A stretch of 64,000 nt of DNA, taken from the IMG/VR virus record IMGVR_UViG_2757320370_000007, positions 9,719-73,718 of that record; one strand, written 5' to 3'. The position numbers and the translations under genes are program-made. Positions 21,323-32,531 of the stretch are shown here, piece after piece (within the stretch, counting starts at the first letter, position 1; every line of letters starts with the position of its first letter). This DNA is from a virus. The notes under the pieces were generated by a model, which was given only the letters and a program-made list of their open reading frames with translations, searched no databases and was not told where the DNA came from.

Positions 21323-22982
21323 TTAAATCTTTTCTCTGTAATCCTCAATAAATAACTGCATTGTCTTTGTGATTTTAAACTTTGGCTTATATTGCTTCCA
21401 ATAATTCATATTCAGTGTTCCAATCGCTTCAATCTCAGTGAATACTGGAACGCTGTCGAAGTACTCTGAATCAGTCTTAAACTTCATAAGTTGCAGAGTA
21501 TCACAGTCAATTTTAACGGTGTTGAGGGACTTGCCCATTAGTTTCTTGTCTGAGATGAATAATCCCTTAATGAGAAATTTGCCCTCTTTAAAATGATTTC
21601 CTGTGACACGATAGAACTCAGACAGGTAATTAATTAGTTTTTCATCAATCTGGTCAACATCAAATTCTAAATCATAATACATGGAATTGTCTGCTTCAAA
21701 ATTATCTAACTTCTCATTCAGCTCTTGACGCAATAATTCGAGATTTGTTTTGTAGATCTGTAGTCCTCCTGCTGCGGGATGGCCTCCAGTGTAAAATACA
21801 TTGTCACAGCTATCAAGTAAATCTAACATTGAGAAATCTTCTAGTCCCCGAAAACTTCCTGCGTATGTATCTTCATTGTCACCTTCGCCAAGTACGATTG
21901 CTGGCCTATTAAATGATTTGGACAATTTCTGTCCCACTAATCCATTCATCCCTTTACCAAGCGTTGGATCAAATACAATTACGACTTTATCATTCTCGTC
22001 GACAAATGGCTTCAACGCTCTTAACGCTTCTGTCTGGACTTCCTTGCGTCTTTCATTTGCCTTGACAAGTTCTTTTGCTAGTCCTTTAATCTCAGGACTA
22101 TCCGTATCGCACATCAAAAAGTCAATTGCTAACTTAATATTATCAAATCTTGTAGCAGCCGTTACAGCAGGGCTTACACCGTACAGAAAATCAGTTGCAG
22201 ATAGATTATTGAGGTCAAAATTCATAGCCTCAAATAACGTTCTAAGTCCTGCATGACGTAGGCTTTTAAGAGACAGCTTGGCATAATATCTGTTTTCTAG
22301 TTCCATCATCGACATCATATCAGCCATTAGTGAGAATCCTGGCAAGTCATCGAGTTTATTTGCATAGTATGTATCCATGTAATCGTCTATTACTTGGCAA
22401 ACTTTAAAAACCAAGAGTCCACCACAAGCATTTTTATTGGGATACTCGCAACCATTTTGCTGCGGATTCACCAAAATCGCATATGGATTTTCAACAGTGA
22501 CACTGTGGTGATCAATAATTAAACAGTCAATCCCTTTAGATGTTAGCAATTTCATAGTCTCTACATCATTTGATGAGCTGTCTACTGCAATCAAAAGTTT
22601 AGTTTGTTTGGGTATCTGCTCAATCAATCCCTCAATTGAATGACCTTCAGATCTTTCATTACAGACATAATATACTTCGTCAGTGAAATTCAATAAATAC
22701 TTATACATAGTCACTAACGAAGTTACTCCATCGTAATCCTAACTAATCGGGGTCGCCAGTAATCGTAATAGGCTCACGGTTGCGAATAGCCAGAATGATT
22801 CGGCTTGCCAATGCATCAATATTTTTAAGTAAATATGAATCACAAATCACATTAGAGAGTGGATTCAGAAATTGATCAATATTAGTGATTCCATTTAGTT
22901 TTGCAAGTTTAGAATATGTATTATCATATGAATCAAACGGTGTAACAGGTTTGCGTTGCTTCCATTTCAATGGTTCGATCAC
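21323..22982 (-). CDS. recJ: RecJ-like DHH ssDNA exonuclease split by a 10-nt gap (22736-22745)
   Basis: GDPD*/DYDGVTS motif I, AVD, IIDHH, ADMM, GSFR, GGHPAAGG; about 549 aa if the gap is skipped. Confidence 0.85.
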
Positions 22983-24689
22983 TCCTTAATACAAATTTTA
23001 TCTAATTGTTATTTTGAATTTTTCAGGCATTGTAATATTGTGGTAGTTGTTCATTGCAGCCATGAATTTATACGTAAGCTTCTTGCTTTCGCGTCCAGTG
23101 AATTTGTCGATGATTCTGATATTTACCTTTCTGTTCATATCTATCACTCTCCAGATCAAATATTTAATTACTTAGTACCTATACTTCACTCTTATTGTAA
23201 ATTCAGCGTTTTTCATTCGCTCAATCTGACTAATGGCGTCAGTAATTTTTTCTTTTATCTTTTTTGATCTACTAAAAAAATAGATTAATTTATATTTTCT
23301 AATCCTCTTTTGTAATAATGACTCAGAAGACCAAATATCAATTTCACTCATTGTTTACCACCTCCATGATTTGATCAAAGATAAGTTTTACTTAATTATC
23401 TATATTGGACGACCTTCCACATCTTCCGCACTCTTCGCATTGACTAAGCGATTCTTCGTCCAGACATTGAGAACAAGCGTGTTTAAACCATTCTTCATCT
23501 CCCGGTCTAACAAGGAAATCATCTCCGCACTTAGCACAATATAATTTTTCAAACATCTTATGTTTATCTCCTCTCTACGTCCAATCAGGATTTAAATAAT
23601 GAGCCAGTTCACTCACATATTTATCGTTTATGTATTCCGGTGTCAATCCTTCCATCAAACTTACTACGACTTCATATAGTGCGGTTTTGTAATCTGAATT
23701 ATCAGCAAAATAAATTGCGCTTATTGCAGCATTTAGTGCTTCTCTAGCACTACCACTTAGATCATTGTCGATGAAGTTTTTCATTAACTCATCCATTAGC
23801 TTCCCATTCTTTCATTGGCTTCATCGATTATTTCGTCAAAAATGCTCTGAAGATTTTTGGCTTGCTGATTCCATGAACGAATACCTTCTGGAGTAATTTC
23901 AATATCGCTATTCTGAAAGGTGGATGATAGATGTTGGATATCAATTTGAAACGCTCTAAACCTGTTGAAGAAATTCTGATCTGTATTGATTTTTGCCATT
24001 TCATTTTTCCCCCTTAAAATTTGATCAAAGTATGTTTTCATCGCCTATTCTTGGATGGCATCGCAGAACACTTTCCATTCTGTCTTCTTATTTCTTTGAA
24101 CCTTTTTGATCCCCTTGTAATTTTGGCAAGCTCTTACTCCTCCAGGGAATTCACTAGAATAGATACAAGTACATTCCTCTCTCTTTTCTCCTTTGTTTTT
24201 ACCAAACAACGATTCCACTTCTCTGCTACCATATTCTCTTTGAACTGGACACTCTGATTTCAATACATGAACCTCTTCAGTTCCACCACCAATTGCACAG
24301 CAGCTTGAGAAAATTTCTTTCTTCATTATTTCACCTCATCATTTGTTTAGAGCTTTAGTATTCGTCATTGTATTTAACAAATTCATCTTCAGCACCTTCA
24401 AATGCTCTCTCGTATACACTGTCAAGCATTGTCACGATAAAATTGTCACCTGATTCAGTGTCTGCCTCATCGAGCAGATTTTCAATTAACCACTTAGCAA
24501 ACTCTTTCCGTTTACCACGTCGAATTTTTGCTTCGTTCCAATTATTTGGGCTTGCATTAAAACCTCTTACAAGATTGCTGATAGGCATCTCAATAATTAC
24601 TTTTTCATTTGTTGATCTTACTGTAAAACCTGTAATGTTCTTATCTTCAATTTTCATTAATGAACTCACCCTTCTTCTGGGATATATAT

Positions 24690-25016
24690 TTACATTTTTT
24701 TGTTTCCATGTTTATACGGTCTGCTTAGGTTGTACTTCATTTTTTCCTCGATTGCTGATTCTAAATCAATCTTATAATAGCCACAAGCATCAAAAATCCT
24801 AATAATTACATCAGCAAACTCGATGGGAATGCCACAAGGTTTTTCATCTACATAAAATACATTATCGTATTCTTTACCATTTCGATGATCCTCAATTGCT
24901 TCAGAAAGCTCACTGTGCATAAGTGAAATTAGTTCACCAAAACTCTTAGGATTTTCCCACCAGCCATGATCAATAGCATTCTGATGAGCATCACTCACCA
25001 AATTATTAATATTCAT
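24690..25016 (-). CDS. MazG-like nucleotide pyrophosphohydrolase
   Basis: HSELSEAIE..EFADVIIR..KMKYN..RPYKHG. Confidence 0.8.
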   Translation of the reverse strand: MNINNLVSDAHQNAIDHGWWENPKSFGELISLMHSELSEAIEDHRNGKEYDNVFYVDEKPCGIPIEFADVIIRIFDACGYYKIDLESAIEEKMKYNLSRPYKHGNKKM

Positions 25017-27049
25017 TCCATCAACTCTTTCATATGTATTTTCAACTCATGAAACTATTCTTTCATCAACACTCTCTACTAACCAACATAATTAGCAAAC
25101 TCATTGCCTCTATCGCAAAACTCTTTAACCATCACCCTCACCAATCCAAATGACATACCTGAGTGACCTTGGCGCTCAATTTCTTTTTTTGCATCTTCGA
25201 GGCTACCATCTTCATTTAAAATTCTGACAATGTCCAAGCAGCATCCCAATTCCATGCCATGGTATAGATCGTTAAGTCTAACAGGGACAATCTTATCCCA
25301 ATAATCCCATTTATCTTGGTCTAGCACTTGTCTACCTCTTACTTTCCACTCTCCAATAAGAGAAGGGATACTTTCTTTGAATTCAGCTTCTCTCTTCTCA
25401 GAATCCTCTCTCCATTTTCGTTGCGATTCGTCAAATTCATCTTTCGTCTTACCGATGATTTCTTTATATGCTCCGTCCATCGTAACAGTGTCTGAATATA
25501 GGGTGGTTCCATTAAATTCACCACATGCTAAGATGCCTTTATCCTTATATTCTAATAATTTGTGAACAGCACTCTCAATTGTGTTTTCCCAAGAAAATTC
25601 GATCTTCAAATATTGATTTTCCAAAATATTGTCCTCCTCAAGTAGTTAGTTATGGATCGAATTGCTATTTAATCTGCAAACTTAAAACAGGAATGGTTCC
25701 CCTAACAGACAGCTCAATTTCTCCCGTTTCAAATGCCTGGAGATACTTATCAATCTGCTCTTGATCATCAAATTTGTAGTCAAACCCAATCCATCCAAAA
25801 ATCATGTTGTCTACACCGCAATGAAACTTTCCTCCAACCATTTGATTGTACCGTATGCCACCCCAAGGCTTCTTTTCACACACTGAGTACCGCAGTTTAC
25901 CAAAATTGTTGCGGATCATCACGAAGTAGTTATCCGATACACCCATTACTCGCATCGGCTTCTTCCAATCGTTAACCCTAATGAGATTACCGATACTTAC
26001 AGTATCCAGAATTTCTTTTGTTATGTTCTCATGTATCAAGCTCATCAACTCCTTTCACGTTATTTAGAATCTCTACATTACGCATTTTTTTATTTTTCTA
26101 ACTTTTTTACAAGCCTTTTTAGTTGAAACTCTTTGACAAACGTTTTGATTTTTTCATATAGAAGTCTGATTTTCAAGCATTGTGTTTTTAGTTTTTCGTA
26201 GTAAAGTCTCAACATAATAGCAACCCTCACTCCTATGTGCAGTACACGTCTACTTGTAACCCCATAAAACTTTTATTTCACTTTGAACTGACTTTAATTC
26301 TAATTGTTCCTTTTTCGTAATCTGAGTCAGTATGAACCTTATACTTTTCATTCGTTTGTGTGTGTTTTATAATCTCTTTCCAAATCGCTTCATCAAGCTC
26401 TTCAATGAATTTTTCTTTACTCACAATAATCCCCCCCTTCCTTATGAAATTCTAATTTGACTAAGTCTTATAGATTTAAACTGACCTTCCATTGTCTACT
26501 CGTGTTAAAGTTTCAATCAAAAGCAAACGCTCGTCTTCATCAATTTCTCTTGATACAAAAGTAATCCCATTATCGTCTACCAGTTCAACGTAAACACCAT
26601 CTTTTGCATTTCCATAAAAATCAACTCTGCGATTGTCTCCCATTGGTATTTGCATATTCAGCCACCTCTTCCATTCTCCCTTAATGTGTATTTCGGAGCC
26701 AACTCTCACTGACTCCGCGTTATCAGTCCTTATTATAATTTTGTTTATGTATTTATATGTTTACTTGTAAAAGGCTGTGTCGATAACTCCCCATCCACTA
26801 AACTCAATACCGTCTTCATCCATAATGTATATGTCACCGTTCGAAAAAATATCGTTTCCATACCTTCGACCAATCTCATATAGTTCACCTTCGTTGAAAT
26901 TACATCCTCTTAGCTTCTTATATTGATTAGACACTATCAATATGTGAGTGGCACCATCCATATCCTCCGTTTCAGAAAGTTTCTTTCCTTCTTTCGATAT
27001 TGCACATGCTTTAGACAATACGATCATTCCCTTCTCATGTCCTGTTCTT

Positions 27050-27103
27050 ATTATATTCTCTTAGTTATTAATTTGCAACTAATATTTATATGTTTACTTT
27101 ATA
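27050..27103 (-). promoter_or_regulatory. Promoter with upstream operator
   Basis: TTGCAA-17-TATAAT with TTATAAAGTAAACATAT just upstream. Confidence 0.65.
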
Positions 27104-27154
27104 AATTTAGTTTGTGAGATATTTATTAATGATAATATCTTGGTCAAAAAACCC

Positions 27155-27481
27155 TTATTTATTCAAGGTTTTTTCTTTCTCTAAAATATCAATTGCGGCC
27201 ATAATTATAGCAAATGGCATTGTCTCTTGTACTTCAACTTTTGATTCCTTATTGTTTTTACAATTCCAGAAGTTTGCCAAATACCAGACTCTACCCGACA
27301 TCTCAATTCGAGGCCACCAATCACGACTAATCATCTCATCCACAACAAGTCTCATTCCTTCCCAAGTTGATGAATATTGTGGAATGTGACCAAATGAACC
27401 ATCTATATTAAGACAAGTTGTGAGCGATATGTAGTTAATTAAATTGGCAAATTTTCCGTCTAACTCTTTTCCTGGTTCCAT
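27155..27481 (-). CDS. Phage ABA-sandwich domain protein
   Basis: ELD..PQYSSTWEGMRLVVDEM..MPFAIIMAA pattern. Confidence 0.6.
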   Translation of the reverse strand: MEPGKELDGKFANLINYISLTTCLNIDGSFGHIPQYSSTWEGMRLVVDEMISRDWWPRIEMSGRVWYLANFWNCKNNKESKVEVQETMPFAIIMAAIDILEKEKTLNK

Positions 27482-27929
27482 AATCTATGCCTCCTTTTTT
27501 CTTGAGAACAACGTCTTAAAAGAAAACTCTTCATCATAATTTAGACATCTGTCATCGCTTCCTGGATCATATCTACAACGCAATGTAGCAGTCAATGTTC
27601 CATTGTTGTTTCTGCAACCCTTACAGGCGAAAGATTCCAGTATTTTTATTTCAGCCAGATTCAATAAATCTAGTCCGACTTCTTTTATCTTCATATATTC
27701 ACTTAAGTTGACAAGGCGCTTCTGTAAACTTTCCCCTTCGATAATATTGAATCTGTGGTATCTTGTTGGTTCATGACAGACAATAATTTCTTTATTATCA
27801 ATGTGTTTTTGTAATTCTTCAATGCTGTCAACTTGATAAATGACATATGTATCTTGTGTCCTGCCACCAAATGCATGTTCTCCATAAGCATTAATGATTA
27901 TCATTATTTCACTCCCTTTTAATGTTTTG

Positions 27930-27989
27930 ATAAAACCTATATTTTACAATGTTTTTAGTTCTAAAAAACCCTTATAAATCAACGTTTTC
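27930..27989. repeat. Composite site (18-bp palindrome + 17 bp + AAAACCCTT-N7-AACGTTTT)
   Basis: Fixed spacing as at 14987. Confidence 0.75.
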
Positions 27990-28172
27990 TCGATCTCGTT
28001 TTGATAATTCATCCATCATTTCGTCCAAGATCTCATCTGTGAGTCCATTCCTGGATTTCCAGTCGTCAAAAAATAACTTAAGAGTGGGATGTGATAAGTC
28101 CCACCATGAAAGATTGTTAAATGCATCAAGTTGCTCCTCGGTATATCTCTTATTTTCCATTACATACCCTCA

Positions 28173-29249
28173 CTAATTATGTATTTTGAATTTGTACTCG
28201 CTATATAGCCTCTTAAACACCACTTCCCCTAAATCAGTAGGACTATCTTTATTGCTAAACATTCCATCCCTATCCCAAAGAGCATATACATTTCTGGTCT
28301 TACCAAACTTAGCCCCCTGCTTTTTTACAGCTTCAATTGATTTATCTTTATCTAAAGCTATAATTATATCGATCTCAATTCCAAGACCTTTAATCATACT
28401 AACTTGCCAGTCACTTAAATCATCCCCACTTATAGCTACACAATTCCGAAAACCATATTGACTACTCAGCCATGTACTCTTTTCACCTTCGTATATCAGC
28501 ACCTCCTTATTCTCAATAATATAAAATAAAGCACGATGCCAATTATACAATTCAACCATCTTGTTAAAGTTAATAAGATAGAGGAACTTATAAATATCTC
28601 GTTCCTCGTAATCATCAAAAATTGTTCTACCTTTGATAGACACAATATCCCCGTAACTATTGTGAATAGGATAAATGATTCTTTGACTTTTAATATCGTA
28701 TCCAACTTGGAATTCTATTTGTGTCAAATAATTAATACCTTCGTTAATGTATAGTAAATGTGGAACCATGATGAATTGACTCAAAATATCATCGCCATAT
28801 ATTTGATTCTCTATGTGGTCAAGATTCCGTTTCTTTTTTCTCTGTTTTTTGACCTCTCTAAGCCATTTAAGATGATCTGATGTGGGCAATGGGGTATACG
28901 ATTCATTTAAGAACTCTGTATACCCCAGTTTTTCACATATCCACCGCTTAGACTTAGGTAAATTGCTTCGTCTTTCTTCTTCAAGAAATTTATCAAATAC
29001 TATGTATGAGACCAATCCATATATATCAATATCTGATTCTCCAAGCGTTCTGATTCTGCTAGACATGCTCTCATTTAGGTAGACCTGAACAGACCTTTTA
29101 TTTGGAGACTCAAACTTATTGGGAAGTTGTGCCTCGTAGCGATTATTTTTCTTCTCTACATGTTCACAATCCATCAGTTCAAGTAATTCTCCAACTTTTT
29201 CATCTGTTAATATTTTCTCTTTGATCAACTTTAAATCATTATTGCTCAT
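28173..29249 (-). CDS. DNA primase (TOPRIM), SPbeta YorJ-like
   Basis: RIIYPIHN..SIKGR, IYEGEKS, ALDKD, KDSPTD; downstream of the helicase. Confidence 0.85.
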   Translation of the reverse strand: MSNNDLKLIKEKILTDEKVGELLELMDCEHVEKKNNRYEAQLPNKFESPNKRSVQVYLNESMSSRIRTLGESDIDIYGLVSYIVFDKFLEEERRSNLPKSKRWICEKLGYTEFLNESYTPLPTSDHLKWLREVKKQRKKKRNLDHIENQIYGDDILSQFIMVPHLLYINEGINYLTQIEFQVGYDIKSQRIIYPIHNSYGDIVSIKGRTIFDDYEERDIYKFLYLINFNKMVELYNWHRALFYIIENKEVLIYEGEKSTWLSSQYGFRNCVAISGDDLSDWQVSMIKGLGIEIDIIIALDKDKSIEAVKKQGAKFGKTRNVYALWDRDGMFSNKDSPTDLGEVVFKRLYSEYKFKIHN

Positions 29250-29284
29250 TTAAGCTCCCCCATAGGAGTATTTACTGCTATGTA

Positions 29285-30790
29285 TTAAAACATCGAATTA
29301 GATTTCTTGCCCATTTGTGCGTATGCGACTTCTTTGAAACTGTTGATACTGTAGTCCACTTCATAAATAATTTGCTCTGATAGATCTCCAGAACGATTCT
29401 TAGAGATGAAGATTATCATATAAGTTTTTTCTGGATCTAATTCGTATTTTTCTTTCTCCCACACCCCATTGAGAGCATTCTTGACCCAGTTATATGCAGC
29501 GAGAGCTTCTTTTTTCCCTGGCATCTCATCTGCAAAAAGTAATCTTCCCATAAGTATCACGGATGCAACCTCAGCAATCTCTAGGGACTTCCCTATGGCA
29601 CTCAGATCAAGATAGCGATACTCTTTACCAATCTTCAACTGAACCGTTGCAAGCAGTCCCACGTTGTTTGCTTCGGGTTTAATGCAGTCAAAAATATTTT
29701 GAGCCGCATTGCTAAATGATTCCCACCTAGCGGATTCTTGAGCAGAGGCGCTAGGTTTAAAAGTATCAAGCAAGGCATAATTGTAATTTAATGGTTTCAT
29801 CATTGTAATGCGGCTAATAACATCCTCGACTCTATACTTCTTTAAATCATAAAACTTGATATGATTTTTCGGAAATTTTTGAATCCATTTTTTCGCTGCA
29901 TCTAATTTATCAAGTGTTTTTTGTTCAAAACTTCCCTCAATCAACTTCTCACGATTAATCGGCTTATGTAAAATTTTAGATGAAACTGTTGCCAAAACAA
30001 GGTTTCTTGTTTTCCAGATATTCTCTTCATTTACGAACATCATTCCTTTTTGTTCGTTTTCGTAGAGCGATAGCACGAATTTTTCCATACTTATAGATGA
30101 CTTTCCAACTCCAGAACTCAAAATAAGATACATAAGTTCGCCTTTGCGCCATCCCTTAATCTTCTTACTCAGTCTTGGCGAATCGTGCAATGGAATCCCC
30201 ATTGCTTCACCTTGATTCATTTTGTCTATTGCAATATCAAGGTCATCTCCAAGGTCATATTCAACAACTTCTCCGCAGTTAATGTGAGAAAATATTGAAC
30301 TAGTCTTAAACTGAAAAAATGATTGCATTTGTTTCAGAGTCATTCTTGTTAATTTTCCAATTAAGTCTTTGTTTGTTGTATCAATTAAGCTTTCGCTTTG
30401 AAATTTTCTCAAACTTTCATACTTTTGTATTTCTGAAAAATGGTAATCATCATTACCTTTGTCTTTCTCGCACTCTTCTAATAACTCATCTATCAAATTA
30501 TAACCACCATATTCATTGTAACAATCGAAATATGACTTTCGATTTACTTCTTTGGGTCGTGAAGTTAAAAACGAATATACTGTCTTATCATCAAACTTTC
30601 TAATACTATTCGCATACATCTCATTCCCTATGAAGTAGAAATACCACCAAATAGGTTCAGTGAATGTATCCTCTGATATCTCATGATTCCTATATTTTTC
30701 ATATAGTGACGGCGTACTCCAGAGATAGCCAATAAATAGAGACTCGTGTATTTTTGATGGTGCTACAAATTCATCTATGTAATTAATAAT
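29285..30790 (-). CDS. DnaB-like replicative helicase, probable ATT start
   Basis: Walker A SSGVGKS, LLDTFK, ATVQL, SKNRSG; frame open for 57 codons upstream of ATG 30619 to an ATT after AGGGGG. Confidence 0.85.
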   Translation of the reverse strand: MINYIDEFVAPSKIHESLFIGYLWSTPSLYEKYRNHEISEDTFTEPIWWYFYFIGNEMYANSIRKFDDKTVYSFLTSRPKEVNRKSYFDCYNEYGGYNLIDELLEECEKDKGNDDYHFSEIQKYESLRKFQSESLIDTTNKDLIGKLTRMTLKQMQSFFQFKTSSIFSHINCGEVVEYDLGDDLDIAIDKMNQGEAMGIPLHDSPRLSKKIKGWRKGELMYLILSSGVGKSSISMEKFVLSLYENEQKGMMFVNEENIWKTRNLVLATVSSKILHKPINREKLIEGSFEQKTLDKLDAAKKWIQKFPKNHIKFYDLKKYRVEDVISRITMMKPLNYNYALLDTFKPSASAQESARWESFSNAAQNIFDCIKPEANNVGLLATVQLKIGKEYRYLDLSAIGKSLEIAEVASVILMGRLLFADEMPGKKEALAAYNWVKNALNGVWEKEKYELDPEKTYMIIFISKNRSGDLSEQIIYEVDYSINSFKEVAYAQMGKKSNSMF

Positions 30791-30800
30791 TTAATGCCCC

Positions 30801-31370
30801 CTATAGAAAACTTGATATATCCATCTCATCTATCTTATTATGTTTATTCTTTAAAATTTCATTGGATATATTCTTATCTTCACTACTAATTTTAGTTCTC
30901 TCAAACTGTTCAGTATGCTGCTCACGTCTCTTCTTTCTCGCAAAAGCCTCATTCAACTTATCGATCATGATAGAAACTCCATAATTGATTGCTCTCGTAT
31001 CTCTAGAACCATCCAGTTTGTTGGCAATGCACCATCGAATACTATCTTCTGCCAGCAAATAAGCCTCCAACATCAGTTCAAACGTTGGCCCCGTATTCCA
31101 CTTTCTAACTCTCTGCCCATCCTTAAATTCGAACCCAGCTCTTAAATCCTTCAACCGTGTAATATTTCCCGTTGGTAAAACTATGATATCGTGTAGTTTG
31201 ATTATGTATTGGTATAGATCATCCCATTGTTGATTCTCGATTCGAGTCGCTTCCTTGTCACGTTTCCATCGTTCGTGACAATATTCAACATGGTAATATC
31301 GTTTGTCTTCTTGGATCATATTTTCTTTGTGTTCACGCTGACTACAAATAGGACATTTTACTAGTGCCAA
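30801..31370 (-). CDS. Zn-binding replication-associated protein (YorH-like position)
   Basis: N-terminal CPIC..YYH..CH; immediately upstream of the helicase. Confidence 0.55.
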   Translation of the reverse strand: MALVKCPICSQREHKENMIQEDKRYYHVEYCHERWKRDKEATRIENQQWDDLYQYIIKLHDIIVLPTGNITRLKDLRAGFEFKDGQRVRKWNTGPTFELMLEAYLLAEDSIRWCIANKLDGSRDTRAINYGVSIMIDKLNEAFARKKRREQHTEQFERTKISSEDKNISNEILKNKHNKIDEMDISSFL

Positions 31371-31628
31371 ATTCTCACCTCCTTAAGATTTGATATTATG
31401 TATCACACTTCAAAGCACTCATAACCCAAGCCGTTTAAATATTGAAATTGTTCGGCAACAACTTTTCCATCCTCGTCTCTGAGACCAACAACGCTGTCAT
31501 AATTAAGATCAATATAGATACCGTGTTCGTCTGACAGTTTGTCTAATTCTTTTATAAATTTTGAAATCCTATTTAAATCCATTAAAATTCCTCCAATTTT
31601 ATATTTATACTTCAATTTTGACGACACG

Positions 31629-31688
31629 ATGAAATACCTCTTTCGTGAGGAAATATGGTCTAAAAAAGCCTTATTCTATAAGGGTTTT
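31629..31688. repeat. Composite site (18-bp palindrome + 17 bp + AAAAGCCTT-N7-AAGGGTTTT)
   Basis: Fixed spacing as at 14987. Confidence 0.75.
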
Positions 31689-32170
31689 TAACTATGTATT
31701 TTTAAAATCCTCAATAATACTCTTCTTTGTTCTTTTTGAACTCAACTCCTAGAAATTCGCATACTTCCTTCTTAAAATTATTATCAGAATAATCATCTTC
31801 GCCAAATTCACCATTTACGAGTCGATGTTCCAGTTCTTCCAACATGACCTCTTCTGGACTCCATTGGTCTTCTAATCCGTAGCAAGAGCAATGTGACCCA
31901 TTTACTTCATATAGTTTCCCATCTTTTAAGAATAGAACCCAAGCAGCACCAGAATAATTGTCGTTTCCATACGAGGCAAATAGTACGGCTTCCTCTTTGT
32001 GATTGCTTAGTGCATGATCTTGTGTTTCCCATGACTCAAAACTACCAAACACTTCTTCCATATTGCTCCAATCATGTAGGAATATTGGTTGTTGATTGAT
32101 AATTTCTTCGAATGTTTTCATTTGATTTCTCCTCTTATTATGTATTTTTACTTTTACATTGAACCTATTG

Positions 32171-32531
32171 TTAAAACTCAAAATAACTACTAGAATTGCT
32201 TCCGTATTTCCAAGATTCAAACATCTCGTCTTCATCATTTAAATATGTAATTTCCATCGATGGTGTTGCCCAACTGCTGCTAGAACAAACGTCTACATTA
32301 TCCTGTTTAATGTATCCATTCTTCATGTTCCATACTTCACCGGATGTATACGCCCAGTCTTCTGCAAAGGCCAACTACGACAGATTTAATATTTTCTTTA
32401 TTTTTTTCGATATAATCTTTAACTGTTTCCCAGTCAACCTCTTTATACTTCTCGATATTTGAATGGTCTCTGCCCATACCTTGAAACATACCTTCTGAAA
32501 ACCCGAGATATCCCTTTTCGATCTTTTCCAT
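32171..32531 (-). pseudogene. Frameshifted phage gene (..VVVGL/AEDW..SWATP..)
   Basis: Removing one T in GGC CTT T GCA at 32366-32368 joins two ORFs. Confidence 0.6.
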
